Shown here in pieces: positions 1 through 10,004 of a stretch of 64,000 nt of DNA. The notes below the pieces were generated by a model. That model had not been told where the DNA came from. It did no database searches and saw only the letters and a list, made by a program, of their open reading frames with translations. Origin of the DNA: a virus; IMG/VR virus record IMGVR_UViG_3300033074_002003, one strand, 5' to 3'. Position 1 is the stretch's first letter; each line of letters starts with the position of its first letter. Made by a program: the position numbers and the translations under genes.

Positions 1-20
1 TCCGTCCCGTTGCCCTCAGA

Positions 21-335
21 ATGGGCGTTCCCATCACATGGGATTCCCACCACCATACTTTCCGGGGCGGCTCTGTGCCTCCCGGCGAGGCACACATGAT
101 GGCACTGGACACTTGGCCCAGTCACATTCGCCCGCTCCAGCACGTTGCCAACACAGAGCCCGAGCTCGCGGGTGGTTCGTTCTCGGATCGCAGGAAGCAC
201 AGCGATTACCTGCACGCGATCCCTGAGGTGCAGCTCGCGGCGAACAACGCGGGTGAGATCGACCTCGAGTGCGAGTGCAAGATGAAAAACCTCGCTGTTT
301 TCAGGGCTGTGGAAGAGTTGGGCGCAAAATTGTGA
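21..335 (+). CDS. hypothetical protein (start uncertain, may begin upstream of window or at internal Met)
   Basis: ORF track; coherent non-repetitive translation. Confidence 0.3.
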   Translation: MGVPITWDSHHHTFRGGSVPPGEAHMMALDTWPSHIRPLQHVANTEPELAGGSFSDRRKHSDYLHAIPEVQLAANNAGEIDLECECKMKNLAVFRAVEELGAKL

Positions 336-348
336 AAGGTACGTTGAA

Positions 349-759
349 ATGGCGACACTCATCAATGTGGTCATCATCCTGTCGATGATCGGTGCGTGCG
401 GTGCGCTCGCCGCCGGAATATGTGCGGCGGAGGGATTGTTGTCGAAGTATCACATCGATGATTCAGGCTCGACGGCGTGGGCGATCCTCGTGGGTCTCCT
501 GCTCTTCGCGCCGCTCACCGGCACTGTGCTCATCTGTGGTCTCTTGGTGCGCTTCGTCAACATCATTCGACGGATAATTTCTGCGAATCTCGCCGAGCGA
601 CGCGCAGAGGCGAAGCGCCTCGCCGACGAGATCGCACGCTCAAAGCCGGTGACAGAAGGTCACTATCGCAAGCACCACGAACTGTTGGCTCACGATCCCA
701 TGTGGACGGTCGAGTACAGCAACAAGCCCGTGAAGGCGAAGGAGATGGGGTTGAAATGA
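349..759 (+). CDS. small membrane protein (2 predicted TM helices), paralog of 756..1142
   Basis: hydrophobic N-terminal half, basic C-terminus; shares architecture and motifs (TG.V..I..LV.RF) with next gene. Confidence 0.5.
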   Translation: MATLINVVIILSMIGACGALAAGICAAEGLLSKYHIDDSGSTAWAILVGLLLFAPLTGTVLICGLLVRFVNIIRRIISANLAERRAEAKRLADEIARSKPVTEGHYRKHHELLAHDPMWTVEYSNKPVKAKEMGLK

Positions 760-1142
760 TCGCTGTTTACGTCGTGGTTTTCTTGTTGTGGATAATCGGA
801 GCTGTCGCGGGCTTTCACTGGGCATTTGAAGCCAGTTCTGGCAACATCGAAGATGTCGATGGGTCGGGATTCACGGCGCCTGCGATCATACTCATGTTCA
901 CGTTGTTCGGCCCACTTACGGGCGCAGTGACAGTGATTCACCTCGTGTGCAGATTTTTCAGCGTTGCCGCCCGGGCAATCTCCGCTCGCACGAAGAGGAG
1001 ACGCGAGGCGAAGCAGAAGCTACACCAAGAGATGCTCGCAAATGCGCCAGTGCGCGATGGGTGCTACAGGGAACTCGATCCGCACAGGGAGACGTGGGCA
1101 CTCCTCAGAGGGGCACGCACGAAGGTGGTGGAGAATGACTGA
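756..1142 (+). CDS. small membrane protein, paralog of 349..759
   Basis: start MIAVYVV; ATGA overlap with upstream stop; 2 TM segments. Confidence 0.5.
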   Translation: MIAVYVVVFLLWIIGAVAGFHWAFEASSGNIEDVDGSGFTAPAIILMFTLFGPLTGAVTVIHLVCRFFSVAARAISARTKRRREAKQKLHQEMLANAPVRDGCYRELDPHRETWALLRGARTKVVEND

Positions 1143-1449
1143 CGAAGAAGAGAAACAGACCCTGCTAGAGAGCGCTCTTGACGTGTGTATGGATTTTACA
1201 TCGCGTCTCGATTCCGTTTTCGAGGGCAAGAGTGACTCAGAGCTCGTCGACACGATTGCAGAAATCGACAGAATTCCTGCAGTCAGCGGGATGATTTGGT
1301 ACAAAATCGTGCGCGATCGGCTACAAACAGAACTCAACCTCCGCGCCGCGGCCGTAGCTGCTCGGGCGGCGTTCGCTGCGGGTGCCCCGTCGTTCTGTGT
1401 GAGTCACTGGTGCGACTCGAGGCAGTGCATTGGGAAGCACGGCGACTGA
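1136..1449 (+). CDS. hypothetical protein
   Basis: ATG MTDEEEKQ overlapping upstream stop (ATGACTGA). Confidence 0.4.
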
Positions 1450-1480
1450 ACACAGTGAGCCCTCTTGTTAGAATCTCAAA

Positions 1481-1873
1481 ATGAGCGAGGAGAGTAAGTC
1501 ACAAATCGAACGCGTTAGGCAACTGGCGCGATCGTGGATCTCTGATCTCGACAAAGGAGAGCCACTTCACGCGATCGGACAGGTAATCACGATCGTTTGT
1601 GATGACCACGACCGTCTGACAGACGAGCTCAAAGCCGAACGTGCAAGAGTCACCGCACGCGACGTAGAACTCCAGAACCTCAAAGAAGCCGCTCGGCGCG
1701 TCGCTGGGTTCCTGCCTCGTCACCATCACCTGTGTGGAATCGTGTGTGAGGCGTCACTTCTTTTTGAGGGCGAGGCCAGACAGTGTGACTGTGGGACAGA
1801 TCGTCTGTACGCGGCACTCGGGGAAGAACAGATGTCAGATGAGGTGACGAGCGATGGCGAAGAAGAAAATTGA
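1481..1873 (+). CDS. hypothetical protein
   Basis: ORF track 130 aa, coiled-coil-like charged sequence. Confidence 0.45.
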   Translation: MSEESKSQIERVRQLARSWISDLDKGEPLHAIGQVITIVCDDHDRLTDELKAERARVTARDVELQNLKEAARRVAGFLPRHHHLCGIVCEASLLFEGEARQCDCGTDRLYAALGEEQMSDEVTSDGEEEN

Positions 1874-2132
1874 CCTGTTCGCGTTCTGGCACTATTCGCC
1901 GTCGCCTCCGTGGCGCGGTGGTCATGTTATTGCGTTCGAACCTGATGGTTGGGTGGTGACAGAAGAGCTTCCTCACAAGGCGGTTCGTCCTGTTCTCATC
2001 CTACCCGTCCTCGAAGGAGAGGCACTCATGGCGAAAATTCGGGAAATTGACCTCGAACGGGCGAGTGAGCTCGCGCGCGTCAAACAGAAGTACGACGATC
2101 TCTTCAGATCACTACACAACGGGTTGAAGTAG
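1854..2132 (+). CDS. hypothetical protein
   Basis: ORF track 92 aa. Confidence 0.4.
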   Translation: MAKKKIDLFAFWHYSPSPPWRGGHVIAFEPDGWVVTEELPHKAVRPVLILPVLEGEALMAKIREIDLERASELARVKQKYDDLFRSLHNGLK

Positions 2133-2411
2133 ATGGCAAAGACATTTGAGGTCACGTTTCAACTAGAAGACGTCGATAGCTGGGTCACAGTAGACGCGGA
2201 GAGTCCGCCCGACGCGATCGAAGAAGCACTTCGAAGAGACCCTGACGCAGACAGTTACACAGAGCGATTTCACGCTTGGGTGCGCGACCCGGGCGAGAAG
2301 CGCACCGCGAAGCGCTACAGCGTTCGCCAAGAGATCGTGTACCGCTTCGAGGCGAAGTTCTCGGGCATCGAGGACGTGAAAGAAGAGGAGACCCCCGATG
2401 GTGAGCCATGA
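2133..2411 (+). CDS. hypothetical acidic protein
   Basis: ORF track 92 aa; adjacent to upstream stop. Confidence 0.45.
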   Translation: MAKTFEVTFQLEDVDSWVTVDAESPPDAIEEALRRDPDADSYTERFHAWVRDPGEKRTAKRYSVRQEIVYRFEAKFSGIEDVKEEETPDGEP

Positions 2412-2979
2412 CAGTACGGGCGAAGACGCTTCTCGCAACACTGATGTGGAGTCGGAAGAGCACGACCCGCTTCGCAGCATCAGTTCGCGCAGGACGACTG
2501 GAACGCTCAGTGTCAGGACCTGTGCGGCCGCTCGAGACGATAGGACCGAAACGACAAGGCTCACGCCGCGAGAGCTCCTCAATCGCGGCGGCGAGTGGCT
2601 GGGTGCGGCGCGAAGCTGGATCCAGTGCCGGGCTCGAAATGGCAGCGAAGTGACGTGGGGAAGCAACGAGACGCTGCAGATGCAGGTCACTGTCGCTGAT
2701 ATCGAGCACCTTGCGGCCTGCGTTGCATCACTCGCGATGGCACCGCAGCCCAGCGATGTGACTCTTGGCGAGACGATGAGAGCGAAGTGGGCGGCCGAGA
2801 TCGAACTCGCACAGTTCATGGTCGCGCACAGGAAACTGATCGTGGACGTTGCCAAACTCTGCATGCAAGCGAGCGACGGATCCGATCGTGACACAAAATT
2901 CTCAGCGGCAGCTGATGAGATCGTGAACCAGATCAGCGAGCGAGTGCGCGAGGAGATGAAAGCGAACGGGAGGACATAG
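2398..2979 (+). CDS. hypothetical protein
   Basis: ORF track 193 aa; antisense ORFs here are Arg/Ser-rich junk. Confidence 0.4.
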   Translation: MVSHDSTGEDASRNTDVESEEHDPLRSISSRRTTGTLSVRTCAAARDDRTETTRLTPRELLNRGGEWLGAARSWIQCRARNGSEVTWGSNETLQMQVTVADIEHLAACVASLAMAPQPSDVTLGETMRAKWAAEIELAQFMVAHRKLIVDVAKLCMQASDGSDRDTKFSAAADEIVNQISERVREEMKANGRT

Positions 2980-3176
2980 TGGAAGACAGCGAACTTCGCG
3001 AAACGATCAAGCTTCTCGCGCAGTGCATCGACGAATTGGGTGTCGCAGTGCAAGATCTCCAGCAACGTGCCGGTATTGCTGGATCGACATGGCACAACAG
3101 TGAGTGGGTGCGTGTAGAAACACTCCGACGTACCGCTGCGTCGATCGCAGAGAATATCAACAACGGGCGACCATGA
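2979..3176 (+). CDS. hypothetical protein
   Basis: ORF track 65 aa. Confidence 0.35.
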   Translation: MEDSELRETIKLLAQCIDELGVAVQDLQQRAGIAGSTWHNSEWVRVETLRRTAASIAENINNGRP

Positions 3177-3763
3177 CCTACAGCGACAGCGACTCCTTCA
3201 ATTGTTGTGGTGGGAACGACGAACACCCACCGTACCACTGCTCTGATTGCGAAGAGCACCCGTGGGTCGGTGAACCCGATCCGCGCTGCGTTTCCCACCC
3301 AAGCACTTGCCCGCACGCGACAAACCGTCGCGGGGCTAGCGCACAGCTTCGTATCGCATTCGATATCGGTGGTGTTCTCAGCAAGCGTCCAGACGTCTTT
3401 CGCCCGCTCGTCGCTGCGCTTCGTCGCGGAGGGGCAGAAGTATTCGTCATCACTGATATGCACGATCACGAACAGAGCGTTCGCTTCGTGAGAGGGAACG
3501 GTTACGACATTCCCGCCGACAACATTCTCAACAGCAACTACACGGAACACGGCGAGACTTGCAAGGCTGAAACTGTGCGGGCGCACAACATTCACGTCCT
3601 TGTCGATGATTTCCCGGGCTATTCGGCAGCGGTCGCGTCCGAGACGGACGCAGTGAGCCTCTTTGCGTGGCCCGACCCGCATCGCCCTTACTACGCCGAT
3701 GACTTCAAGACAGACGGCACAGAGGGCGATTTCGGCCGGCGAAAGCCGAAGGGCAAGTCATGA
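3173..3763 (+). CDS. hypothetical protein with weak HAD-like motif (IAFDIGGVL)
   Basis: start MTYSDSD with ATGA overlap; Cys/His-rich N-term; motif resembles HAD motif I but second Asp replaced. Confidence 0.4.
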   Translation: MTYSDSDSFNCCGGNDEHPPYHCSDCEEHPWVGEPDPRCVSHPSTCPHATNRRGASAQLRIAFDIGGVLSKRPDVFRPLVAALRRGGAEVFVITDMHDHEQSVRFVRGNGYDIPADNILNSNYTEHGETCKAETVRAHNIHVLVDDFPGYSAAVASETDAVSLFAWPDPHRPYYADDFKTDGTEGDFGRRKPKGKS

Positions 3764-4071
3764 GCTTAACAGAGACCCGCGCGATGCAGGAGGCGACGCG
3801 ACTCGCGAAACATCGCGACGAGCTCCAGATCGAAGTGACACGCCTGCGCGAGGCCCTGCGCGAGATGAGCGATGCACTTTCGCGCATCAGTTACATGTGT
3901 GGACCGCCCAATGATCAGCACGTGTCAATATACGATGTCGCGCCCGATCCCAACACAGTCGTCACACAGGTGACGCGAGTCCTTGAAACAAGCGAAGCGG
4001 TGTTGAAGTGCCACGCGTCGCCGTATGGGATACACCGGTGCGTGCACTGCGATTCAGAAATCACGGAGTGA
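3760..4071 (+). CDS. hypothetical protein
   Basis: ATGA coupling; 103 aa. Confidence 0.45.
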   Translation: MSLTETRAMQEATRLAKHRDELQIEVTRLREALREMSDALSRISYMCGPPNDQHVSIYDVAPDPNTVVTQVTRVLETSEAVLKCHASPYGIHRCVHCDSEITE

Positions 4072-4074
4072 AAT

Positions 4075-4509
4075 ATGACTGACAGTCCCATACGAACAGA
4101 TTGGGTGGGTCCCTACGCTTTTTCGCTCTTCCACGACGATCGTACGTTGCTCGTCGATGCGATCGCGCTCGCGGCAAGATCGGGATGGACGACAGCGGCG
4201 CCCACGACATTCTACGCCTATCGCGTCAGCGTGGCTCTCGACGAATACCAAAGCAACCCGTCTCCAGCTATCGAATTCGCGCGAGCTCCTCTTGTTGGTG
4301 CGCGAGAACTTGCGATACCCGAAGGGTTTACCGCGCTGCCAGGGAAAATCGGCACGAACACCGTATCAGAGCTCGTGAGCGCGTGGCTCGATCAGGGTGA
4401 CTACCCACACGAACCTGACCACGACGGTTCGAACAAGCGCGGGTTCGAGGTGATCGCGACGAACAACGGAGTCGCTGTCGTCAAGCGCTGGGTAGAGTTC
4501 CACAAATGA
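4075..4509 (+). CDS. hypothetical protein
   Basis: ORF track 144 aa. Confidence 0.45.
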   Translation: MTDSPIRTDWVGPYAFSLFHDDRTLLVDAIALAARSGWTTAAPTTFYAYRVSVALDEYQSNPSPAIEFARAPLVGARELAIPEGFTALPGKIGTNTVSELVSAWLDQGDYPHEPDHDGSNKRGFEVIATNNGVAVVKRWVEFHK

Positions 4510-4946
4510 AGACTGATCATCCCGAAAATGTCTCTTTGAAGCTTGCGGAGGCGGCGACGCCGGGGCCGTGGGGCGAGGACGACGGCCACGTGTTCTGCAA
4601 GCCGCTCTCGGACGCGCGTCACGCCGCCTGCATCGCCTCCATCGAGGGCCGGCCGCACGACCCCGCGCACCTGACCTTCGACGCCTTCGTAGCGACGACG
4701 CAGCAGAGGCATGGGCAGCAGAGCGACGCCGACGCCACCCACATCGCCCACGCGCACCCGGGCCGCGTGAGGGCGTGGCTGGGGGCCGTGGCGAGGCTGC
4801 GGGAGCGGGCGGCGGAGGGGCATGCGGAGTACTGCATGACGCAGGAGCTTGATGCTCGCCGAGGGTTCCGGCTCGACCAAGTGGTCTGCACCTGCGGGCA
4901 CGAGGACGACCTTGCCGCGCTGGCCGCGGTGGATGCGGAGGGGTGA
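4506..4946 (+). CDS. hypothetical protein with ATPGPW motif (Ea22-like?)
   Basis: ATGA coupling; N-terminal LAEAATPGPW motif reminiscent of ead/Ea22-like phage proteins. Confidence 0.4.
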   Translation: MKTDHPENVSLKLAEAATPGPWGEDDGHVFCKPLSDARHAACIASIEGRPHDPAHLTFDAFVATTQQRHGQQSDADATHIAHAHPGRVRAWLGAVARLRERAAEGHAEYCMTQELDARRGFRLDQVVCTCGHEDDLAALAAVDAEG

Positions 4947-5365
4947 GCATGGACAACAAGACACTGGGCGAGGCGCTGCCTCTGGAGATGGCGCGCGTGC
5001 GTGATGACGTGATGCCTGCGTATCAGGAGGTCGGGGCTGCTGGCATGTGCGCCGTCGTCGCCGCGATCCGCGCCCTCCCGCTGCCGGAGGAGACGCCCAC
5101 GCCGCGGGAGAAGCTACGGCGGGTGCGGGAGGCGCGGGAGTTGCTGGCCTCGGCGCGGGTGGCGCGCGTGCCGGTGGGCGGTGAGTCTGTGTTCGACGAG
5201 GGGACGGGGCAGCCCATTGGCGGCTGGCGCAGGTACGTCGCGGCATGGGCGCGACCAGTGGACGAGCTGACGCGATGGGCGCCTGGCAGTGAGTTGCGCG
5301 ACGCCCGCACCTGGGTGCTCGACACGCTGCGGGCTGAAGGCTGGGACGTGGTGGAGGAAGAGTGA
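4943..5365 (+). CDS. hypothetical protein
   Basis: ATGA coupling; 140 aa. Confidence 0.45.
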   Translation: MSMDNKTLGEALPLEMARVRDDVMPAYQEVGAAGMCAVVAAIRALPLPEETPTPREKLRRVREARELLASARVARVPVGGESVFDEGTGQPIGGWRRYVAAWARPVDELTRWAPGSELRDARTWVLDTLRAEGWDVVEEE

Positions 5366-5577
5366 ACATGGACGACCTGATTGCAGCGCTGACGATCTTC
5401 GCGAAGTACCAAGAGCCGACGCACTATCCGACACACTGTGAGCACGATACGCTGATGATCGTCGGAGTGACTGTTGACCAGATGAGCGAAGAAGACGTCA
5501 CAGCAGTGAAAGCCCTCGGGTTCTTCTGGAGCGAAAGCGATGACGCGTGGATCTCATGTCGCTTTGGGAGCGCGTGA
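5362..5577 (+). CDS. hypothetical protein
   Basis: ATGA coupling; 71 aa. Confidence 0.4.
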   Translation: MNMDDLIAALTIFAKYQEPTHYPTHCEHDTLMIVGVTVDQMSEEDVTAVKALGFFWSESDDAWISCRFGSA

Positions 5578-5801
5578 TGACGAAGCGCGAGCGATATAGC
5601 AAGAAACTTCTCGAGCAGACACTGAAGTGCGAAGAGTGCAAGGACACCGCGTACGCGCTCTGGTCACACTCGTCTGAGTCGGGTCGCGGCACAGACTTCT
5701 TCGGTCTATGCGAGCCATGTGAGGTCAAGTTCATCGCTGAGTGTGAGGCCAACGTTCGTGCCGTGAAAGAAGCGAAGGAGAGGGCAGACGATGGTCGTTA
5801 G
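5577..5801 (+). CDS. Cys-rich small protein (putative zinc ribbon)
   Basis: TGATG overlap start MTKRERY; CEEC...CEPC motifs. Confidence 0.4.
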   Translation: MTKRERYSKKLLEQTLKCEECKDTAYALWSHSSESGRGTDFFGLCEPCEVKFIAECEANVRAVKEAKERADDGR

Positions 5802-6243
5802 AACGATCGTAGAGCGCAAACCGCTCTGGTTGCGCAGCGAGCGCGATTGTGGTGGGTTTTACAACACCGTACAGGAGAGGTGCGTGTGTGGTGGGACGCT
5901 CGTTGCTCGTGATGATCTCATGCCCGTGACCGCAGAAGCTGTCGGCGCGCGCATTCGCGATATGCTATTTTCGCTTGTTTCAGACGGGCACTCTCGAGAA
6001 GAGGACCTGCGCGGCGTGCACAGTCACGCAACTGACGAGCTCAGGCGCACTGCGCTCGATCACGCCGGATTCTGTTGGGTTGCACCCGGTGAGATGGCAC
6101 CAAGCTGCGGGTGCTCGTGGACGCACGATCAACCGCAGGGTCCAAGGGTGCGCCTCCGAAGACAGAACCCAGGAAAAAAGAGCTGCCGCGCAGTGGGAGC
6201 GTATCACTTCTGTTCCGTGCCTCTGTGGTGCGAAGCCCGGTGA
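5791..6243 (+). CDS. hypothetical protein
   Basis: ORF track 150 aa. Confidence 0.35.
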   Translation: MVVRTIVERKPLWLRSERDCGGFYNTVQERCVCGGTLVARDDLMPVTAEAVGARIRDMLFSLVSDGHSREEDLRGVHSHATDELRRTALDHAGFCWVAPGEMAPSCGCSWTHDQPQGPRVRLRRQNPGKKSCRAVGAYHFCSVPLWCEAR

Positions 6244-6299
6244 ACCGTGTGTGGACGTTGGCGAATTTTCGTGGCACGTCATGAGGAAAGCGCAGTACG

Positions 6300-7178
6300 A
6301 TGGAAAACTTTGAATTCGAGCGTGAGCTCTCAGAGCTGGGAATTGACGTATCTTTCGAGAGAGTGTGGGTGGGAACGCCCGGCGCCGATCGACACTGGGA
6401 GAACGACAGGACGAAGATCGAGTCTGTCACCTTCAACTTCACCCCCGATGAGTGGTCACGACTCGTAGTGTGCGACGGTGACGAATATATCGGACCGTGC
6501 TGCGGGACCACCGGCGCGATGCAGGACATCATCTGTGGCGTTCACCGCGCAGGCGGTGCCATCCAGTGCTACGAGTTCAAGGAACTGGGCTTCCTTGGTG
6601 CGTCACACGACGGGATGGAATGGTGGTCAGAGCCCGTCACGAAAGAGGCGCTCGACGAGCGAATCGCTGAGCGAGACGGCCTTTCACTGTGGGACAGGAT
6701 CGGGGTAGCGTACCAAGCGTGCTCTTCGTTCATGCGAGAGTCGAGCGTGAGCAAGAGCAAGCCCACTCCTGCTGATCTCGAGTCGGGTGATGGCGTCCTG
6801 AATGTCGTGCGGAACGGCCTGCGACTTCTGCACTGGGGTGATGTCATCGGACGTCCCGAGGGCACAGGACCGAAGTTCGACGCCGACAGGTTCCAGGCTC
6901 ACGCGAACAGGCAGGTGCTCGTATCGCGGGTGATCCCTGCGGCTCGGAAGCTCGTCGAGACACTCGAGCGCGAGGCGGGAGAGCCAATCGACGCCGTGTG
7001 CCTCGTCCAGCGCGATAACGTAGACGTTCCCCTGCAGAACGGGTATGGTCTCACTGTGTACAAGGACGCGGAACAGGTGAGAGTGTTGTTCGGCACCGTC
7101 GAGAAAATACTGATCAGACCGTGCAGGGTTTCTATGGAGCGTGGGTTGGAATTTACCGACGAGGCCCGAGAGGCGTGA
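6300..7178 (+). CDS. hypothetical protein
   Basis: ORF track 292 aa, coherent composition. Confidence 0.5.
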   Translation: MENFEFERELSELGIDVSFERVWVGTPGADRHWENDRTKIESVTFNFTPDEWSRLVVCDGDEYIGPCCGTTGAMQDIICGVHRAGGAIQCYEFKELGFLGASHDGMEWWSEPVTKEALDERIAERDGLSLWDRIGVAYQACSSFMRESSVSKSKPTPADLESGDGVLNVVRNGLRLLHWGDVIGRPEGTGPKFDADRFQAHANRQVLVSRVIPAARKLVETLEREAGEPIDAVCLVQRDNVDVPLQNGYGLTVYKDAEQVRVLFGTVEKILIRPCRVSMERGLEFTDEAREA

Positions 7179-7513
7179 ACTACACAGAAGCTCTCGAAGA
7201 GCTCGTCGAGTTGGTTGAGCTCGAGGCACAGTGGATCCACGACGATAGTGGTTGGCCCTCGTATACTTACTGTCCCTCGTGCGGAGCGCGATTTCGCGCA
7301 TGGGATGAACTTAAACACGATGAGGGGTGTAAGCTCGCCGAGGCCCTTCGAATCGTGCGAGAGGGCAGCGAACACGACCCACGAGCGATTGCACTGTCTA
7401 TCCGCGAGCGGTGGACTGAGACGGGCACCGAAAATTGTTGGAAGGATATGCCCACAATTGACGCGCTGCTTACCGCGTGCGGGGCACCAAGGATCGAGAG
7501 GAAGAAACCGTGA
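7175..7513 (+). CDS. hypothetical protein (GTG start, GTGA overlap)
   Basis: VNYTEALEE start overlapping upstream stop; CPSC motif. Confidence 0.4.
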   Translation: MNYTEALEELVELVELEAQWIHDDSGWPSYTYCPSCGARFRAWDELKHDEGCKLAEALRIVREGSEHDPRAIALSIRERWTETGTENCWKDMPTIDALLTACGAPRIERKKP

Positions 7514-7767
7514 AAATCTACAAGATCGAAGTTACGGGAACTGTCATTGTCGCTGCGAATGGCGATCTCGAAGCCAAACGTGTCTTTGAGAGTGTGAAGC
7601 AAGACTCTCTGGAAGATGCCAAGATCTCCTCTGTGACACACATCACCGACGTAGATCAGCTGCCAGGTGAGTGGGATGGCGACTGCTTGCCGTATGTTGC
7701 AGCATACTCAGAGTATGAAGACATGACGATTCGCGAAATTCTGAACGGAGACAAACCTAAAGAATGA
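7510..7767 (+). CDS. hypothetical protein (GTG start)
   Basis: GTGA overlap; VKIYKIEVTG... Confidence 0.4.
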   Translation: MKIYKIEVTGTVIVAANGDLEAKRVFESVKQDSLEDAKISSVTHITDVDQLPGEWDGDCLPYVAAYSEYEDMTIREILNGDKPKE

Positions 7768-7970
7768 AGACGCGCAAACAGAGGGATCGGAAGCGGTGGC
7801 GCCGTCGGGCGGCTCGCGTACAGCGACAGCGGGAGTGGTTGTCCAACTTCAGGGACGCGTACGTGTGCGGGTGGAGCGAGAAAGACGAAGCGCTCAAGCG
7901 TGGGGTCGAGCTGATGCGCACTATCCTGCGCGGTGACGTGAAATCTCTTCTTACAAGCGGGAGCGTGTGA
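7764..7970 (+). CDS. hypothetical basic protein
   Basis: ATGA coupling; 68 aa Arg/Lys-rich. Confidence 0.35.
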   Translation: MKTRKQRDRKRWRRRAARVQRQREWLSNFRDAYVCGWSEKDEALKRGVELMRTILRGDVKSLLTSGSV

Positions 7971-8030
7971 CGGTAGAGACAAAGTTGAGCGACGTGATAC
8001 ACACTGCTCTCTCGGCGTAGAGTAGGTCAA

Positions 8031-8444
8031 ATGGCAGCATCACGAATATTCGAGTTCGAACAGGTGATCCGAGACGTGGCTGTCGACGACCTCGATGCCG
8101 GGCGTGTTGTTTCTTGGATCGCACCCGCTGCGAAGACAGCACACTCGCTGCACACCTGGGTCGCGCGCAGGATTGGTCCCAGAGATACGCGCTGCATCTT
8201 GTTCTGGAACGACGTGAACAGGCGGGAACCCGTAGACGTTCGCGGGATATGGACATACAGGCGCGTGGTGAAGCGCCTCCACGAGGCCCGCGCGATCGTA
8301 TCTAGCGACGTCGCCGCAGCAGAGTTCGCAACGTGGATCGAGGGTAACAAACAGCGCCTCCACGATTTCTTCGATGACGGGGACGTTCCTGAGTTTCTGA
8401 AAGACAAAAACGTGTCAGAGTACCTGAAAGACGAAGCAAAGTGA
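8031..8444 (+). CDS. hypothetical protein
   Basis: ATG 7 nt after TAGAGT -10-like hexamer at 8018-8023 (leaderless architecture). Confidence 0.45.
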   Translation: MAASRIFEFEQVIRDVAVDDLDAGRVVSWIAPAAKTAHSLHTWVARRIGPRDTRCILFWNDVNRREPVDVRGIWTYRRVVKRLHEARAIVSSDVAAAEFATWIEGNKQRLHDFFDDGDVPEFLKDKNVSEYLKDEAK

Positions 8445-8626
8445 ACGTCTCAGACCTCGACCGCGTCCTGACGATTCTCGGTATCGCGATCTGCCTCGTC
8501 GACATGTTCCTCGTCATTGCGATCTACCGCCAGAGATCGCAGCGCCCCGCGCCGCTCTCTAGGGCCGCGCTCGCGTTCAGGGGCGCAAAGAAAAAAGTCG
8601 CACTGCACGTGCATTCAAAGCACTGA
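8441..8626 (+). CDS. small membrane protein
   Basis: ATGA coupling; hydrophobic segment ILGIAICLVDMFLVIAIY. Confidence 0.35.
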   Translation: MNVSDLDRVLTILGIAICLVDMFLVIAIYRQRSQRPAPLSRAALAFRGAKKKVALHVHSKH

Positions 8627-8638
8627 GGGTGTATAGTC
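8627..8638 (+). promoter_or_regulatory. putative -10 element GGGTGTATAGT upstream of 8682 gene (leader with AGGAGAGAG SD)
   Basis: TATAGT hexamer at 8633-8638; same GGGTGTA(G/T)AGT family as many other gene starts in window. Confidence 0.35.
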
Positions 8639-8681
8639 ACAGGATGTCGGGGAATTTACCCCGCTAGGAGAGAGACAGAGA

Positions 8682-9047
8682 ATGAACGTCGACAAGATCA
8701 TCGCGCACGATCCCAACCTGGGACCTGTCATGATGAGGCAGTTCTTCGCGAAGGAGCAGAAGCGTCCCAACTCGCCCAGGTTCTCGCCCGGCGAGACCGA
8801 CATCCTCGTGGCTGCGGGGTGGCAGCGCCGCGGGAACCACGCGAGCGGGAAGACGGACATCTGGGCGCATCCCGTCCACTCTCCACGCTCCACCGTCGCC
8901 CCCGAGGAGCGCGTGAGCGTGAACGACCGCGGCGACAGGCAGGTCGTGATCGTTCCCGTGGAGCGCACGAGGTGGCGTCACTTCACCCGTGAGGAGGCAC
9001 TGACGCTCGAGGGCCACCGTCGGACGGATCGCGTCGCGCGGTTCTAG
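8682..9047 (+). CDS. hypothetical protein
   Basis: strong RBS AGGAGAGAG 8 nt upstream of ATG. Confidence 0.5.
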   Translation: MNVDKIIAHDPNLGPVMMRQFFAKEQKRPNSPRFSPGETDILVAAGWQRRGNHASGKTDIWAHPVHSPRSTVAPEERVSVNDRGDRQVVIVPVERTRWRHFTREEALTLEGHRRTDRVARF

Positions 9048-9072
9048 GCGTCACAACGGGCGTCAGTTGGTT

Positions 9073-9100
9073 CGGGGTCGATGAGGCCCCGTTCCTATTT
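9073..9100 (+). terminator. putative intrinsic terminator (7-bp GC stem CGGGGTC/GGCCCCG, loop GATGA, then TTCCTATTT)
   Basis: hairpin 25 nt after stop of 8682..9047. Confidence 0.45.
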
Positions 9101-9107
9101 AAAGCGC

Positions 9108-10004
9108 ATGGAAGTCTTGAGAGAATTCGTGAGGCGCGTCGTGTGCGAATCGACCGTGAACTGGCCGCCGGCGCCCATACAATCGATCGAAGAGTTTCCG
9201 CGGCGAAACGATCTGTCTTTCAAGGCCGAAGAGTTTGTGGTAGCGCTGCTCGCGCTCCGCGGCCCGCTCACGCAAGGAGAGATCAGCGAAGCGTTCTACA
9301 TGTACTGGGGGAGCGGCGCAGCGATGACACTCTCGAAGATGTTCGCTGCGCCGCTCCGCGGTCACACGCCCGACGACGCAGACGCGCTATGGTGGTGTCC
9401 CGCAAAGAAAAGGGGAGCTCACGTCGAACTGACGCACGCCGGAAAAAAGCTCTCGGCGATGGTGCTCCAGAAGGCCGCAGCTGCGAGGGTCTCGCCGCCC
9501 GTCGAGGAGCCCGGGTTCCACACCTTCAGGGATCGACGGTCATACGTTGCCGTGGTAGATGCCGACGGATTTACAGTCCCAGAATTTGCTGGGTTCGAAC
9601 ACAACCCACGTGTCCAGCTCACGGCGCTGCAACCCGCAAAGCTCAAGCGTGGATCGAGAATAACCAGTAAAAGCGCACCCGACAGGAATTTCGGTTTCGT
9701 TAACGTTGTCGAGCGCCCAGAATTCACTGATAGCTGGCTCCATGGCGCCGACGACGAAGATCCGGGTCGCCACCACAGCACGCTCTATGGCGTAGTGATG
9801 GACGACGGCGAGCTTTTCGCATTCAAGTCGTATGACGATTTCGCGAGGACGTTTGTGGCCTCTGATGTGAAGGGTGACATAGCCGCTCGCGCGCAGCAGA
9901 GGCTCGTCTACTACGACTGGCTTGAAGAGGTTGGCTACATCACGCGCAAGATAACCGCTCGCGATCGTAAAGAGCTTCAGCGACTCGCCTCGTCTGACCT
10001 GTGA
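9108..10004 (+). CDS. hypothetical protein
   Basis: ORF track (9081 start lies inside terminator hairpin; second Met MEVLREF at 9108 preferred). Confidence 0.5.
   Translation: MEVLREFVRRVVCESTVNWPPAPIQSIEEFPRRNDLSFKAEEFVVALLALRGPLTQGEISEAFYMYWGSGAAMTLSKMFAAPLRGHTPDDADALWWCPAKKRGAHVELTHAGKKLSAMVLQKAAAARVSPPVEEPGFHTFRDRRSYVAVVDADGFTVPEFAGFEHNPRVQLTALQPAKLKRGSRITSKSAPDRNFGFVNVVERPEFTDSWLHGADDEDPGRHHSTLYGVVMDDGELFAFKSYDDFARTFVASDVKGDIAARAQQRLVYYDWLEEVGYITRKITARDRKELQRLASSDL

Noticed and set aside
4401-5369. Long minus-strand ORFs (4401..5369, 4366..4959, 2163..3095, 2933..3682) opposite the plus-strand gene block
   Set aside because: Translations are Arg/Pro/Ala/Ser-rich low-complexity typical of antisense frames in high-GC DNA, whereas the plus-strand genes are coherent and tightly coupled.
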